Part shown: positions 1 through 8,747 of the stretch, piece after piece | How the letters are laid out: every line of letters starts with the position of its first letter | Position numbering within the stretch: the first letter of the stretch is position 1 | Assembly (NCBI GenBank): GCA_035512635.1 | Contig: DATKDR010000010.1 | Location: 55 to 64,054, forward strand | DNA: 64,000 bases | Source: Longimicrobiales bacterium | GTDB lineage: Bacteria > Gemmatimonadota > Gemmatimonadetes > Longimicrobiales > RSA9 | Direction: 5' to 3' | Program-made: the position numbers and the translations under genes | Notes under the pieces: generated by a model | Databases searched by the model: none | Told to the model about the DNA's origin: nothing | What the model saw: the letters and a program-made list of their open reading frames with translations, nothing else

Positions 1-40
1 ACTCCTCGCTCGAGGGTGCCTCAGTTTGTCCTGGAGTGTT

Positions 41-82
41 ACCTATGTGCCCGGTCTGAACTGTCACCTATGTGACCGGTCC
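41..82. repeat. Direct repeat pair ACCTATGTG(C/A)CCGGTC in 25-nt register
   Basis: 41-56 and 66-81 are identical except for one base. The pair lies immediately 5' of the heptamer array and about 120 nt upstream of the CDS at 200. Confidence 0.6.
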
Positions 83-89
83 GTACCCG

Positions 90-127
<38 letters not shown>

Positions 128-199
128 TCGGGCGCGGGCGCGCACCGGAGGGGTTCTTGCACTCTTCTCTCCGCAAAAAGCCGAAACGGGAGGCGACAG

Positions 200-457
200 A
201 TGGTCAGCAAGAAGGTGGAAGGGAACGAGGAGCAGAAGCGGCAGAAGGCACGCGAGGCGCGGGAAGGCGGCAGCTCGGCGAGCGCCGAGGGCGCGACGAC
301 CGGCGCCTCCAAGCAGCGCCGCAACGCGAAGGACGAGGAGTATCCGGAGACGCTGGATTCGATTCGCCGCGGCAAGCAGGATGTGATCGGCGAGAACACG
401 CCGGACGCGAAGCCGGGATACGGGCGTGAGGAAGAGAAGGAGAGCGGCCGGTCGTAG
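200..457 (+). CDS. Small hydrophilic, Lys/Glu/Arg-rich hypothetical protein (85 aa)
   Basis: ATG at 200 is preceded by GGGAGG at 188-193. The longer ORF-track form starts at a TTG inside the repeat region and looks non-coding. No family recognised. Confidence 0.6.
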   Translation: MVSKKVEGNEEQKRQKAREAREGGSSASAEGATTGASKQRRNAKDEEYPETLDSIRRGKQDVIGENTPDAKPGYGREEEKESGRS

Positions 458-504
458 GGGTTCGGAGCCCTGTGGGAGGCAAGCCGCCGAGGTCGCGCGT
501 CTGC

Positions 505-1728
505 TCAGGCCAGGCCGCGGACGGCGGCGTCCAGTGCCGCGATACCGTCGCGCAACTGGCGGTCGGACAGGTAGGGAGCGGGGCCGAGGCGGAGGATGTC
601 GCCGCGATGGTCGCTGAAGACGCCGCCCTCCCTGAGCCGGGTCTTCAGCTCTGCGGCTCGGGGCGCGCGCAGGGCGAGGAAGCCTGCGATCCCGTCGAGC
701 GCCGTGGAGCGGTCGCGCGAGATCACGCCCGGATCGAGATCGAGTCCATCGAAGCCATCGATCAGGAGCCCCACCTGGTGCTGGCTGACCTCGCGGAGTA
801 GCGCGGGACTCAGCGACATCTCGGCGAAGAAGCGGAAGACCTCCGCCGCGCGATAGTGGCTGGTCGGATCGTAGGTCGCGCCCGCAAAGCGAGCCGGGCC
901 GACGCCGTAGGGGACCGGGCCCTGCTCACCGTCCCCGCTGGAATGGGCCGCGCCGGCCGCGGCGGTCACCACGCCGAACTCGCTGAACCAGCCGGTGATC
1001 GCCGGCCGCAACCGCTCCCACCCGTCCGGCACACGCAGGAAAGCGTTGCCCTCTCCCAGCTGGCAGTACTTGTAGCCGCCTCCCGTGACGAATGCGTTCT
1101 CCAGGCCGTCGTCCGCCAGCGACATCGGCACCACGTCGAGCTGGTGATACACGTCGACGAGGAACGCCGCGCCCGCGCGATCACAAGCCTGCTGCACGAG
1201 CGCGAGCCCGGGCACGATGCGCGCGCTCTCGAACAGCACGGATGAGACGAAGGTGGCGGCGGTCCGGTCGTCGACGCGCGCGGCCACGCGTTCCGCGAGG
1301 GACTCGATCGGATCGACGTCGACGCGCACCACCTCGAGCCCGTCCTCCTCGAGGCGCGCCAGCTGGCGCCGGATCGTGTGGAACTCGCCCGTCGTGGTGA
1401 CGATGCGCGGCCGCGCGCCCAGCGGGAGCGCAGACAGCAGCCGCACGACCAGCTCGTGCGTTGCGGCGGCGAGCGCGATCTGGTGCGGGTCGCAGCCGAG
1501 GAGGCGCGCGTAGCCGCGCCGCACGTCGTCCGCCTTCTCGGACGCGAGCGGCCACTTGTCGTCGACGTGACGCGCCGCATCGAGCCAGGCCTGCTGCTGC
1601 CCCCGGAAGGCGACATCGGGCCACGCCTGATGCGAGTGACCCGACAGCAGCACGCGCCCCGCCACGTCGAACTTCGAGTAGTAGCGGGCGATGCCGTTCG
1701 GGTCGGAGTACAGCTCGTCGGCGTTCAT
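505..1728 (-). CDS. Kynureninase-like PLP-dependent enzyme (aminotransferase class V fold)
   Basis: 407 aa. GGGYKYCQLGEG resembles the kynureninase PLP-lysine motif YKYLNGGPG, and TGWFSE resembles SGWFGH. It is the last gene of the operon with the aryl-CoA monooxygenase. Confidence 0.65.
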   Translation of the reverse strand: MNADELYSDPNGIARYYSKFDVAGRVLLSGHSHQAWPDVAFRGQQQAWLDAARHVDDKWPLASEKADDVRRGYARLLGCDPHQIALAAATHELVVRLLSALPLGARPRIVTTTGEFHTIRRQLARLEEDGLEVVRVDVDPIESLAERVAARVDDRTAATFVSSVLFESARIVPGLALVQQACDRAGAAFLVDVYHQLDVVPMSLADDGLENAFVTGGGYKYCQLGEGNAFLRVPDGWERLRPAITGWFSEFGVVTAAAGAAHSSGDGEQGPVPYGVGPARFAGATYDPTSHYRAAEVFRFFAEMSLSPALLREVSQHQVGLLIDGFDGLDLDPGVISRDRSTALDGIAGFLALRAPRAAELKTRLREGGVFSDHRGDILRLGPAPYLSDRQLRDGIAALDAAVRGLA

Positions 1729-1737
1729 GAGGTACGC

Positions 1738-4077
1738 CTACTGGTCATCGGACCGGAACCTCGGCGTGAAGCGGGTCATCGACGCGTACGGATCCGGCCA
1801 CTCGTAGCCGTAGCCCATCTCGTACGCCGCGTGGCGCGTCCAGTACGGGTTCCACAGATGCATGCGCGCCATCAGGCACAGGTCCGCCCGACCCGCCGCG
1901 AGGATCGTGTTCACATCGGTGAACGACGAGATGTTGCCGACAGCCATGGTCGGCACGCCGGCCTCGTGCCGGATCCGATCGCTGAACGGCGTCTGGAACA
2001 GGCGACCGTATACGGGCTCCTGGTCCGCGACCGTCTGGCCGGCCGACACGTCGATGGCGTCGCAGCCGTGCGCCCTGAACGCGCGCGCGATCTCGACGGC
2101 CTCGGCGGAATCGACGCCGTCCGGCTTCCAGTCGACGGCCGAGATGCGCACGGACATCGGTTTGTGCTGCGGCCACACGGTGCGGATCGCGTCGAACACC
2201 TCGAGCGGATAGCGCAGCCGATTCCCGAGCGGGCCGCCGTACTCGTCGCCGCGCACGTTGGTGAGCGGTGACACGAAGCTGGCCAGCAGGTAGCCGTGCG
2301 CGCAGTGCAGCTCGAGCCAGTCGAAGCCCGCCTGGTCGGCGAGCCGCGTCGCGTTCACGTAATCGGCGAGGACGCGATCCATATCGGCGCGATCCATCGC
2401 CTTCGGCACCTGGCTGTGCGGCAGGTACGGGATCGCGGACGCGCTCATGATCGGCCAGTTGCCCTCCGGCAGCGGCTCGCAGTCGCCCTGCCAGATCAGA
2501 CACGTCGATGCCTTCCGGCCGGCGTGGCCGAGCTGCACGCCCATCTTTGCGCGCGAGTGCCCGTGGACGAAGTCGACGATTCGCTTCCAGGCCGTCGCGT
2601 GCTCCGGCTTGTACAGCCCCGTGCAGCCGGGCGAGATGCGCGCCTCGCGGCTGACATCCGTCATCTCCGCCATGACCAGCGCGGCACCGCCGATCGCGCG
2701 GCTGCCGAGGTGCACGAGGTGCCAGTCGCCGGGCGTGCCGTCGTCCGCACTGTACTGGCACATGGGCGAGACGACGACGCGGTTGTGCAGCCCGAGCTCG
2801 CGCACGCGCCACGGCGTGAAGAGCGGTGGCGGCGGCGGGTCGAGCGGCACGTCGATGCCGCTCTGCGCGGCGGCTTCGGCCGCGAACCAGCGGTCGACGG
2901 CTTCGACGAAGGCGGGATCGCGCACGCGCAGGTTGTCGTGCGTGACGCGCAGCGAGCGCGTGAGCAGCGTGAACGCGAACTGGAGCGGATGGTGCTCCAT
3001 GTAGCGCTCCGTCTCCTCGAACCACTGGAGGCTCACCTGCGCCGCGCGCTGGGTGGACTCGACCGTTTTCCGGCGGCCCTCCTCGTATTCCGCGAGGGCG
3101 GCTCCCAGATCGTAGCCAATCGCCCGCCTACCGCTTTGGGCGTCAGGCGTCAGGCGTCGGGCTTCAGAGACGGCGCAACGGTGGTTCTGTAGCGCCTGGG
3201 CCAGCGCGATTGCGTCCTCCATGGCCAGCTTGGTGCCCGAGCCGATCGAGAAGTGCGCCGTGTGCGCGGCATCCCCGATCAGCACGACGGGGACGTCCGC
3301 CATCGCCGCCCAGCGTGCGTTGCGCACGGTCGCGAACTGCCGCCACACCGAGCGGTTCGCCACCAGCGGGTGGCCCTCGAGCTCCTCGGCGAAAAGCCGC
3401 TCGCAGAAGGCGACGGTATCGCTCTCGCTCGCCCGGTCCATGCCCGCGGCGCGCCACGTCGCTTCCGTCGTCTCGACGATGAACGTCGACTGTCCGCCGT
3501 CGTATTGATAGGTGTGAACGCGCCAGAGGCCGTGCTCGTCCTCGCGGAAGTAGAAGGTGAAGGCGGGGAAGGGGCGTGTCGTGCCGAGCCAGACGAAGCG
3601 GTTGGGTCGCACGTCGAGCGTCGGAACGAACAGGTGGGCGTACCGTTCCCGCAACGCGCTATTGGCGCCATCGGCCCCGATCAGGAGGTCGGCATCCCGC
3701 TGGACTACGGCCGGATCGACGTCGTCGCCGAAGCGGACGTCGACGCCCTCCCCGAGCGCGCGGTCGGCCAGGATGTCGAGCAGCGCGCGCCGCGAGAGAC
3801 CGCTGAAGCCGTGGCCGGTGGACGTGATCTTCCGGCCGCGATAGTGCACGTCGATGTCGTCCCAGCGCGCGAAGCGCTCCGACATGCGCCGGAACGTCTC
3901 GGGATCGGCGTCGGCGAGGTTGTGACCGGTGGCGTCGGAGAAGACGACGCCGAAGCCGAACGGATCGTCGCGCTGATTGCGCTCGTGCACGACGACCTCG
4001 CACGACCGATCGGCGCGCCGCAACAGCGTGGAGAAGAAGAGGCCGGCGGGCCCGCCGCCGACGACCGCGACCTTCAT
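1738..4077 (-). CDS. Bifunctional aryl-CoA monooxygenase/reductase (2-aminobenzoyl-CoA monooxygenase-reductase or salicylyl-CoA 5-hydroxylase type)
   Basis: 779 aa from ATG 4077. N-terminal FAD monooxygenase (VVGGGPAGL, GDAAHTAHFSIGSGTKLAMEDA) is fused to a C-terminal Old Yellow Enzyme domain (SPMCQY, HCAHGYLL). The upstream part of the 1055-aa ORF is Arg/Gly-rich junk overlapping the next gene. Confidence 0.85.
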   Translation of the reverse strand: MKVAVVGGGPAGLFFSTLLRRADRSCEVVVHERNQRDDPFGFGVVFSDATGHNLADADPETFRRMSERFARWDDIDVHYRGRKITSTGHGFSGLSRRALLDILADRALGEGVDVRFGDDVDPAVVQRDADLLIGADGANSALRERYAHLFVPTLDVRPNRFVWLGTTRPFPAFTFYFREDEHGLWRVHTYQYDGGQSTFIVETTEATWRAAGMDRASESDTVAFCERLFAEELEGHPLVANRSVWRQFATVRNARWAAMADVPVVLIGDAAHTAHFSIGSGTKLAMEDAIALAQALQNHRCAVSEARRLTPDAQSGRRAIGYDLGAALAEYEEGRRKTVESTQRAAQVSLQWFEETERYMEHHPLQFAFTLLTRSLRVTHDNLRVRDPAFVEAVDRWFAAEAAAQSGIDVPLDPPPPPLFTPWRVRELGLHNRVVVSPMCQYSADDGTPGDWHLVHLGSRAIGGAALVMAEMTDVSREARISPGCTGLYKPEHATAWKRIVDFVHGHSRAKMGVQLGHAGRKASTCLIWQGDCEPLPEGNWPIMSASAIPYLPHSQVPKAMDRADMDRVLADYVNATRLADQAGFDWLELHCAHGYLLASFVSPLTNVRGDEYGGPLGNRLRYPLEVFDAIRTVWPQHKPMSVRISAVDWKPDGVDSAEAVEIARAFRAHGCDAIDVSAGQTVADQEPVYGRLFQTPFSDRIRHEAGVPTMAVGNISSFTDVNTILAAGRADLCLMARMHLWNPYWTRHAAYEMGYGYEWPDPYASMTRFTPRFRSDDQ
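3139..3166. repeat. Heptamer run GGCGTCA GGCGTCA GGCGTCG GGCTTCA inside the monooxygenase CDS
   Basis: Four tandem 7-nt units. This is the reverse complement of the intergenic unit GCCTGAC at 44467-44487. Confidence 0.6.
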
Positions 4078-5267
4078 CGCGCGTTCCCGGCCGCGTGCAT
4101 CAGCTCGCGCGCGATGACCAGGTGCTGGATCTCGGTCGTGCCCTCGTAGATGCGCAGCGCGCGGATCGAGCGGTACAGTCGATCGACGGGATGGTCGGCC
4201 ATGACGCCGCCCCCGCCGAGGATCTGCACCGCGTCGTCGATGATGCGCTGCGCCGCCTCGGTCGCGTACGCCTTCGCCATCGAGGAATGCAGCGCGAGCG
4301 AGGCGACGGCGCCGCGGTCCGCTTCCAGCGCGGCGCGATACGTCAGCAGGCGCGCGGCGTCCAGCTCCGTCGCCATGCGCGCGAGCTTTTCCTGCACGAG
4401 CTGGAAACGCGAGAGGGGGCGGCCGAACTGCTCGCGCTCGCGGGCGTGCGCGATCGCCTCGTGCAGCGCGCGCGCGGCCATGCCGCACGCCGCGCCCGCC
4501 ACCGTGCAGCGCAGCCGGTCGAGCGTGCCCATGCCGAGGCGGAAGCCCGCGCCCTCGGGACCGAGCCGGTTCGCGATGGGCACGCGGCAGCCCTCGAACG
4601 CGAGCTCCCCCAGCGGGTGCGGCGCGGACATCACCTGCGGCCGCACGAAGCTCATGCCCTCGGCTCCCGCGTAGACGACGAAGCAGGTGAGCGCCTCCTT
4701 GCCGCGCGCAGGGTCGACCGTTGCGAAGACGATGTAGTAGTCGGCGATGCCGGCGTTGGAGATGAAGATCTTGCGGCCGTCCAGCACGTAATCGCTGCCG
4801 TCGCGGCGTGCGGTCGTCGCGATGGCGCCCACGTCGCTGCCGGCCTCGGGCTCGGTCATCGCGAACGCGGCCATCGCGCGTCCCTCGATGGTGTGGCCGA
4901 GCCATTCGTCGCGCAGCGCCTGCGCCGCCTCGCGCGAGACATCGTCGACGAGCGGATCCTCCGAGGCGAGGATGAGCGGCATCGAGCCGAGCGCCTGTAG
5001 CGCGTAGACGGCGTCGGCCAGCGGAGACGCCCAGGCGAGCGCTTCGCGCAGGATGACGATGCTGGTCAGGTCGCTCTGCCGGATCGGCTCGAGCAGCTTC
5101 GCCTCGCCCAGCAGCCCCAGGATCTCGCGCGCCTGCGCGCGTGCGTCGTCGTCCGTGTCGGCATCCGGCAGCGGCGCGATGCGGTCGCGCGCGAAGACGT
5201 GTGCTCGGGCGGCGAGCTCAACGGCGGCGGGTGTGTCGAACGGAATCGGTGGACGGACGATGGACAT
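4074..5267 (-). CDS. Acyl-CoA dehydrogenase
   Basis: 397 aa from ATG 5267. Motifs FAMTEPEAGSD and RIYEGTTEIQ. ATGA overlap with the downstream monooxygenase gene. Confidence 0.85.
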   Translation of the reverse strand: MSIVRPPIPFDTPAAVELAARAHVFARDRIAPLPDADTDDDARAQAREILGLLGEAKLLEPIRQSDLTSIVILREALAWASPLADAVYALQALGSMPLILASEDPLVDDVSREAAQALRDEWLGHTIEGRAMAAFAMTEPEAGSDVGAIATTARRDGSDYVLDGRKIFISNAGIADYYIVFATVDPARGKEALTCFVVYAGAEGMSFVRPQVMSAPHPLGELAFEGCRVPIANRLGPEGAGFRLGMGTLDRLRCTVAGAACGMAARALHEAIAHAREREQFGRPLSRFQLVQEKLARMATELDAARLLTYRAALEADRGAVASLALHSSMAKAYATEAAQRIIDDAVQILGGGGVMADHPVDRLYRSIRALRIYEGTTEIQHLVIARELMHAAGNAR

Positions 5268-5361
5268 GGAACTCTTCGGTGAACGGAAGGGAATCGGCCT
5301 GCCAATCTGGGGGTGCAGCATGGTACGGCGCGAGCACCTTCGAGAAGCTACTACGACGGAC

Positions 5362-6261
5362 TCAGCGGCCGGTGCGCTCCTCCCTCGGAAAACTGCCCAG
5401 CACACGCAGGAGGCTGGCGCGACGCCGTACTTCGCCGAGCGCCGCTGCGGTGCGCTCGTCGTCGGCGTCCGCGTCCAGATCCATGAAGAAGCGGTAGGTC
5501 CAGGGCTGTCCCGTCGGTCGCGACTCGAGCCAGGACAGGTTGAGACGCCGCTCGGCGAACGCCGAGAGCACGCCGACGAGGGCGCCCGGCCGGTTGTCGA
5601 CCTCGACCAGCAGCATCGTCTTCATGGGCGGTCGCCTGCCGGTCTCGTCGGCGGTCGCGGCGATGGGACCCGCGCGCCCCCCCTTGGCCGAATCGGGTGG
5701 CGGCGCGGCCAGCAGGAGGAAGCGCGTCTGGTTGTCGGCCCGGTCCTCGATATCCCGGGCGATGACGGCGAGTCCCGACGTTTCCGCCACCCATTCACCG
5801 GCAATGGCGGCCAGCGTGCGATCTCCCGCTCGTGCCACTTCGTGGGCTGCGCCAGCGGTGTCGTAGGCGGATTCCGCCCGCACACCGGGCCGCGACCGGA
5901 CAAAGCGAGCGCATTGCGCGAGTGCGATCGGATGGGAGAGCACGCGCTTCACAGCATCTACGTCGGTGCCTTCCATCCCGAGCAGCGCGTGGTGGATCGG
6001 CAGTATCGTCTCCGCGACCACGCGCAGGCCGGTGTCCGCAAGCACCGCGAGCGTGTCCGGCACGCTGCCGGCCAGCGTGTTCTCGATGGGCAGGAGCGCA
6101 TGGTCCGCCTCGCCGCGTTCGACGGCTGCCGCGGCATCGCGTGCCTCGCGTTTCCCACGGGTGCGCGCACCGGCGGGGAAGAGACGGGCGATGGCGCGCT
6201 CGCTGTACGCGCCCGCCTCTCCCTGGAATGCCACGACGGGCGCGGGGTCGGATCGACTCAT
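5362..6261 (-). CDS. pheA: Prephenate dehydratase
   Basis: 299 aa from ATG 6261. Motifs IENTLAGSV, NQTRFLLL and a C-terminal ACT region with WLESRPT. Confidence 0.85.
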   Translation of the reverse strand: MSRSDPAPVVAFQGEAGAYSERAIARLFPAGARTRGKREARDAAAAVERGEADHALLPIENTLAGSVPDTLAVLADTGLRVVAETILPIHHALLGMEGTDVDAVKRVLSHPIALAQCARFVRSRPGVRAESAYDTAGAAHEVARAGDRTLAAIAGEWVAETSGLAVIARDIEDRADNQTRFLLLAAPPPDSAKGGRAGPIAATADETGRRPPMKTMLLVEVDNRPGALVGVLSAFAERRLNLSWLESRPTGQPWTYRFFMDLDADADDERTAAALGEVRRRASLLRVLGSFPREERTGR

Positions 6262-6268
6262 GGTGGGC

Positions 6269-6297
6269 AGGGTTATCTGGATGCGTCGCGGCGTCAA
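6269..6297 (-). promoter_or_regulatory. Candidate promoter of pheA (TTGACG-N17-AACCCT), 7 nt from the ATG
   Basis: Read on the minus strand: -35 at 6297-6292 and -10-like box at 6274-6269. There is no Shine-Dalgarno before ATG 6261. Confidence 0.4.
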
Positions 6298-6357
6298 GCC
6301 GGGTGCCGGCGGCGGATCCACGGACGCCGCCCCGGCCGTCCATCCGGCCCGGCGGCC

Positions 6358-6387
6358 TTGCCATCGATCGACCCTCCATCGTACCAT
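6358..6387 (+). promoter_or_regulatory. Candidate promoter TTGCCA-N18-TACCAT, 6 nt from the leader-peptide ATG
   Basis: -35 at 6358-6363 and -10 at 6382-6387, with the ATG at 6394. This implies a leaderless leader-peptide transcript. Confidence 0.4.
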
Positions 6388-6393
6388 AGCCCC

Positions 6394-6489
6394 ATGACGA
6401 GCGATCGGTCGGGCAGCAACGCCTTCTTCCGCAACTACTTTACCACGCCCCGTGGTACGGGTCGTGGCTGGAGGCGAGTGCGCGGCTGA
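6394..6489 (+). CDS. Candidate aromatic-rich leader peptide MTSDRSGSNAFFRNYFTTPRGTGRGWRRVRG (31 aa)
   Basis: F11 F12 Y15 F16 are clustered (6424-6441) and W26 follows. A terminator lies downstream and DAHP synthase follows that. This ORF is the tail of a long antisense shadow ORF in the track. Confidence 0.5.
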   Translation: MTSDRSGSNAFFRNYFTTPRGTGRGWRRVRG

Positions 6490-6524
6490 GCGCACGCTGA
6501 ACCGGCTGGAAAACGGCCCGTGCC
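6443..6524 (+). promoter_or_regulatory. Alternative RNA structures of the putative attenuator
   Basis: Hairpin CCACG-C-CCCGT GGT ACGGG-T-CGTGG at 6443-6467. GGTACGGGTCG (6454-6464) can instead pair with CGGCCCGTGCC (6514-6524; 11 bp including 2 G-U), which sequesters the 5' arm of the terminator. Confidence 0.5.
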
Positions 6525-6545
6525 TGATCGGCACGGGCTTTTTTT
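6516..6545 (+). terminator. Rho-independent terminator in the 5' leader of DAHP synthase
   Basis: GCCCGTGCC (6516-6524), loop TGATC, GGCACGGGC (6530-6538), then T7 (6539-6545). It ends 30 nt before ATG 6575. Confidence 0.8.
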
Positions 6546-6574
6546 GTTTTCACTACCCCTGATGGAGCTGAGCC

Positions 6575-7630
6575 ATGATCGTGATTACACGTCCGGGAGT
6601 GACCGACGGCGAGATCGACCAGATCCGCGAACGCGTGGAGGCGCTGGGCCTGCGCACGCACATCATCAGGGGAGAGAACCGCATCGTGGTGGGATGCATC
6701 GGCGACGCGACGCGTGTGGACGAGCTGTCCGCGTTGCGTGCGCTGCCCGGGGTCGACGCGGTCGTACCCGTCTCCAAACCGTACCCCCTGGCCGCGCGCG
6801 TTTTCGGAGAAGAGGCTCGGATGGTACGAATCGGCGACCGCGCCCGCACGACGATCGGCGGCCTCGAGCTCGTCGTGATCGCGGGTCCATGCGCGGTCGA
6901 AGGGCGCGACATGCTGATCGAGACGGCGCAGGCGGTTCAGCGCTCGGGTGCGCGCATCCTGCGCGGCGGCGCTTTCAAGCCGCGTACCTCGCCCTATTCC
7001 TTTCGCGGCCTGGGCGTGGCGGCGCTCGAGATGCTTGCCGAGGCGCGCGAGGCGAGTGGCCTCCCCGTCGCAACCGAGGTGATGGACACGCGCGAAGTCG
7101 AGCGAGTGATCGAGTACGCGGACATACTCCAGATCGGCGCGCGCAACATGCAGAACTACCCGCTCCTTGCCGAGGTGGGCCGGGTGCAGCGACCGGTGCT
7201 GTTGAAGCGCGGGCTCTCCGCCACGATCGGCGAACTGCTGCTGGCAGCCGAGCACGTGATGGCACAGGGGAACCTCGACGTCATCCTGTGCGAGCGTGGC
7301 ATACGCACGTTCGAGACAGCGACCCGAAATACGCTGGACGTCGCGGCGATTCCGGTTCTCAAGAGCGAAACACACTTGCCGGTGCTGGTCGATCCGAGCC
7401 ATGCCGGAGGCAGGCCGGAGCTGGTCGCACCCCTTTCTGCGGCCGCAATCGCTGCGGGGGCCGATGGCCTCATGGTCGAGGTCCATCCGAATCCCGCGGA
7501 AGCGCTGTCCGACGGTGATCAGGCGCTCACGATCGACGGATTCGCGGACCTCATGAGGCACTTGCGGCCGTTCGCGGCCGCCGCGGGGCGCGAGCTGCCG
7601 GCCACGATGCGGCGGGAGCAGGCGGCATGA
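6575..7630 (+). CDS. 3-deoxy-7-phosphoheptulonate (DAHP) synthase, type I-beta with N-terminal regulatory domain
   Basis: 351 aa. Motifs [14 protein letters not shown] and [13 protein letters not shown] at 6564-6567 precedes the ATG. Confidence 0.9.
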   Translation: MIVITRPGVTDGEIDQIRERVEALGLRTHIIRGENRIVVGCIGDATRVDELSALRALPGVDAVVPVSKPYPLAARVFGEEARMVRIGDRARTTIGGLELVVIAGPCAVEGRDMLIETAQAVQRSGARILRGGAFKPRTSPYSFRGLGVAALEMLAEAREASGLPVATEVMDTREVERVIEYADILQIGARNMQNYPLLAEVGRVQRPVLLKRGLSATIGELLLAAEHVMAQGNLDVILCERGIRTFETATRNTLDVAAIPVLKSETHLPVLVDPSHAGGRPELVAPLSAAAIAAGADGLMVEVHPNPAEALSDGDQALTIDGFADLMRHLRPFAAAAGRELPATMRREQAA

Positions 7631-7920
7631 CGATCCCGGCGGCGAACAGCTCCAGCGCCATCGGCCAACTGCGCTGCGAAATCGAGGAAACCGACCGCGC
7701 CATCGTCGATCTGCTCGCTCGGCGTGTCGGTCTGGCGCGGCGCATCGGTGGCGAGAAGGCCTGCGCGGGCAAGCCGACGCTCGACCCCGCGCACGAGGCT
7801 CGCGTCGTCCGCCGCGCCGCGAGCTTCGCGCGCGACGCGGGCCTGGATCCGGAGATCGTGCGCGACCTCTACTGGCATCTGGTCCGGCTCTGCCGCACGG
7901 CCCAGCTCGTGGACCGGTGA
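7627..7920 (+). CDS. Chorismate mutase (AroQ class)
   Basis: 97 aa. [27 protein letters not shown] is typical of AroQ helix 1. ATGA overlap with DAHP synthase. Confidence 0.8.
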   Translation: MTIPAANSSSAIGQLRCEIEETDRAIVDLLARRVGLARRIGGEKACAGKPTLDPAHEARVVRRAASFARDAGLDPEIVRDLYWHLVRLCRTAQLVDR

Positions 7921-7947
7921 GTCGTGTCGCGGTGTCCGCGTGTGGCC

Positions 7948-8745
7948 TTACGAGAACTTCGCCTCGCGCTTCGCAGTGAACGCCTCGTACGCCTCGCGGA
8001 AGTTCGGGTCGAGCATGCACGCGGCCTGGATCTGCGTCTCCCACGCCATCGCGGACTCGAGGTCCATCGACCATTCGCGGTCGAGCGATTCCTTGGTCAC
8101 GGCCAGGCCGAAGGACGGCCCGCGCGCGAGCCGCCCCGCCAGCGCCGTGGCCTCGCCCAGCGCCGCGCCGTCCGGTACCACGCGGTTGTAGAGCCCGATG
8201 CGATGCGCCTCGGCGGCATCGATGAAGTCACCAATCATGAGCAGCTCGCTCGCACGGCCGTGGCCGACCAGGCGCGGCAGCAGCCAGGAGGCGCCCATGT
8301 CGGCTCCGGAAAGGCCGACCTTCACGAACAGGAAGGCGATCTTCGCCGATTCGGCGGCGATGCGGAGGTCGCACGCGGCGGCCATCACGGCACCCGCACC
8401 GGCGACCGTGCCGTTCAGCGCGGCGACCACGGGACGGCGGCACCTGCGGATCGCCGCGACCAGATCGCCGGTCACGCGCGTGAAATCGAGCAGCCCCTGA
8501 TAGTCGCGCTCGAGGAGGGGGCCGATGATGTCCTCGACGTCACCGCCCGAGCAGAATGCGCGGCCGGCCCCGGTGAGCACGATGGCGCGTACACCGGGCT
8601 CGGCGTCCAGGGCGATAAACGTGTCGCACAGCTCCTTGTAGACATCGAACGTGAGCGCGTTCAGCCGTTCCGGCCGGTTGAGCGTGATCGTCGCGACGCC
8701 GCTGCGCGCATCCAGGCTGTACAGGAAGCTCTTGGGACTGATCAT
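7948..8745 (-). CDS. Enoyl-CoA hydratase/isomerase (crotonase) family
   Basis: 265 aa. Motifs ITLNRPERLNAL and GAGRAFCSGGD. Confidence 0.85.
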   Translation of the reverse strand: MISPKSFLYSLDARSGVATITLNRPERLNALTFDVYKELCDTFIALDAEPGVRAIVLTGAGRAFCSGGDVEDIIGPLLERDYQGLLDFTRVTGDLVAAIRRCRRPVVAALNGTVAGAGAVMAAACDLRIAAESAKIAFLFVKVGLSGADMGASWLLPRLVGHGRASELLMIGDFIDAAEAHRIGLYNRVVPDGAALGEATALAGRLARGPSFGLAVTKESLDREWSMDLESAMAWETQIQAACMLDPNFREAYEAFTAKREAKFS

Positions 8746-8747
8746 CC

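Noticed and set aside
4078-4905. N-terminal 276-codon extension of the 1055-aa ORF 1738..4905
   Set aside because: The extension is Arg/Gly/His-rich nonsense that overlaps the well-supported acyl-CoA dehydrogenase gene in another frame. The monooxygenase domain begins cleanly at MKVAVVGGGPAG (ATG 4077).
5053-6489. 478-aa plus-strand ORF covering the pheA region
   Set aside because: It is an antisense shadow of pheA, typical of GC-rich DNA, with an Arg/Gly/Ala-rich translation and no family motifs. Only its last 31 codons (6394-6489) are considered, as a possible leader peptide.
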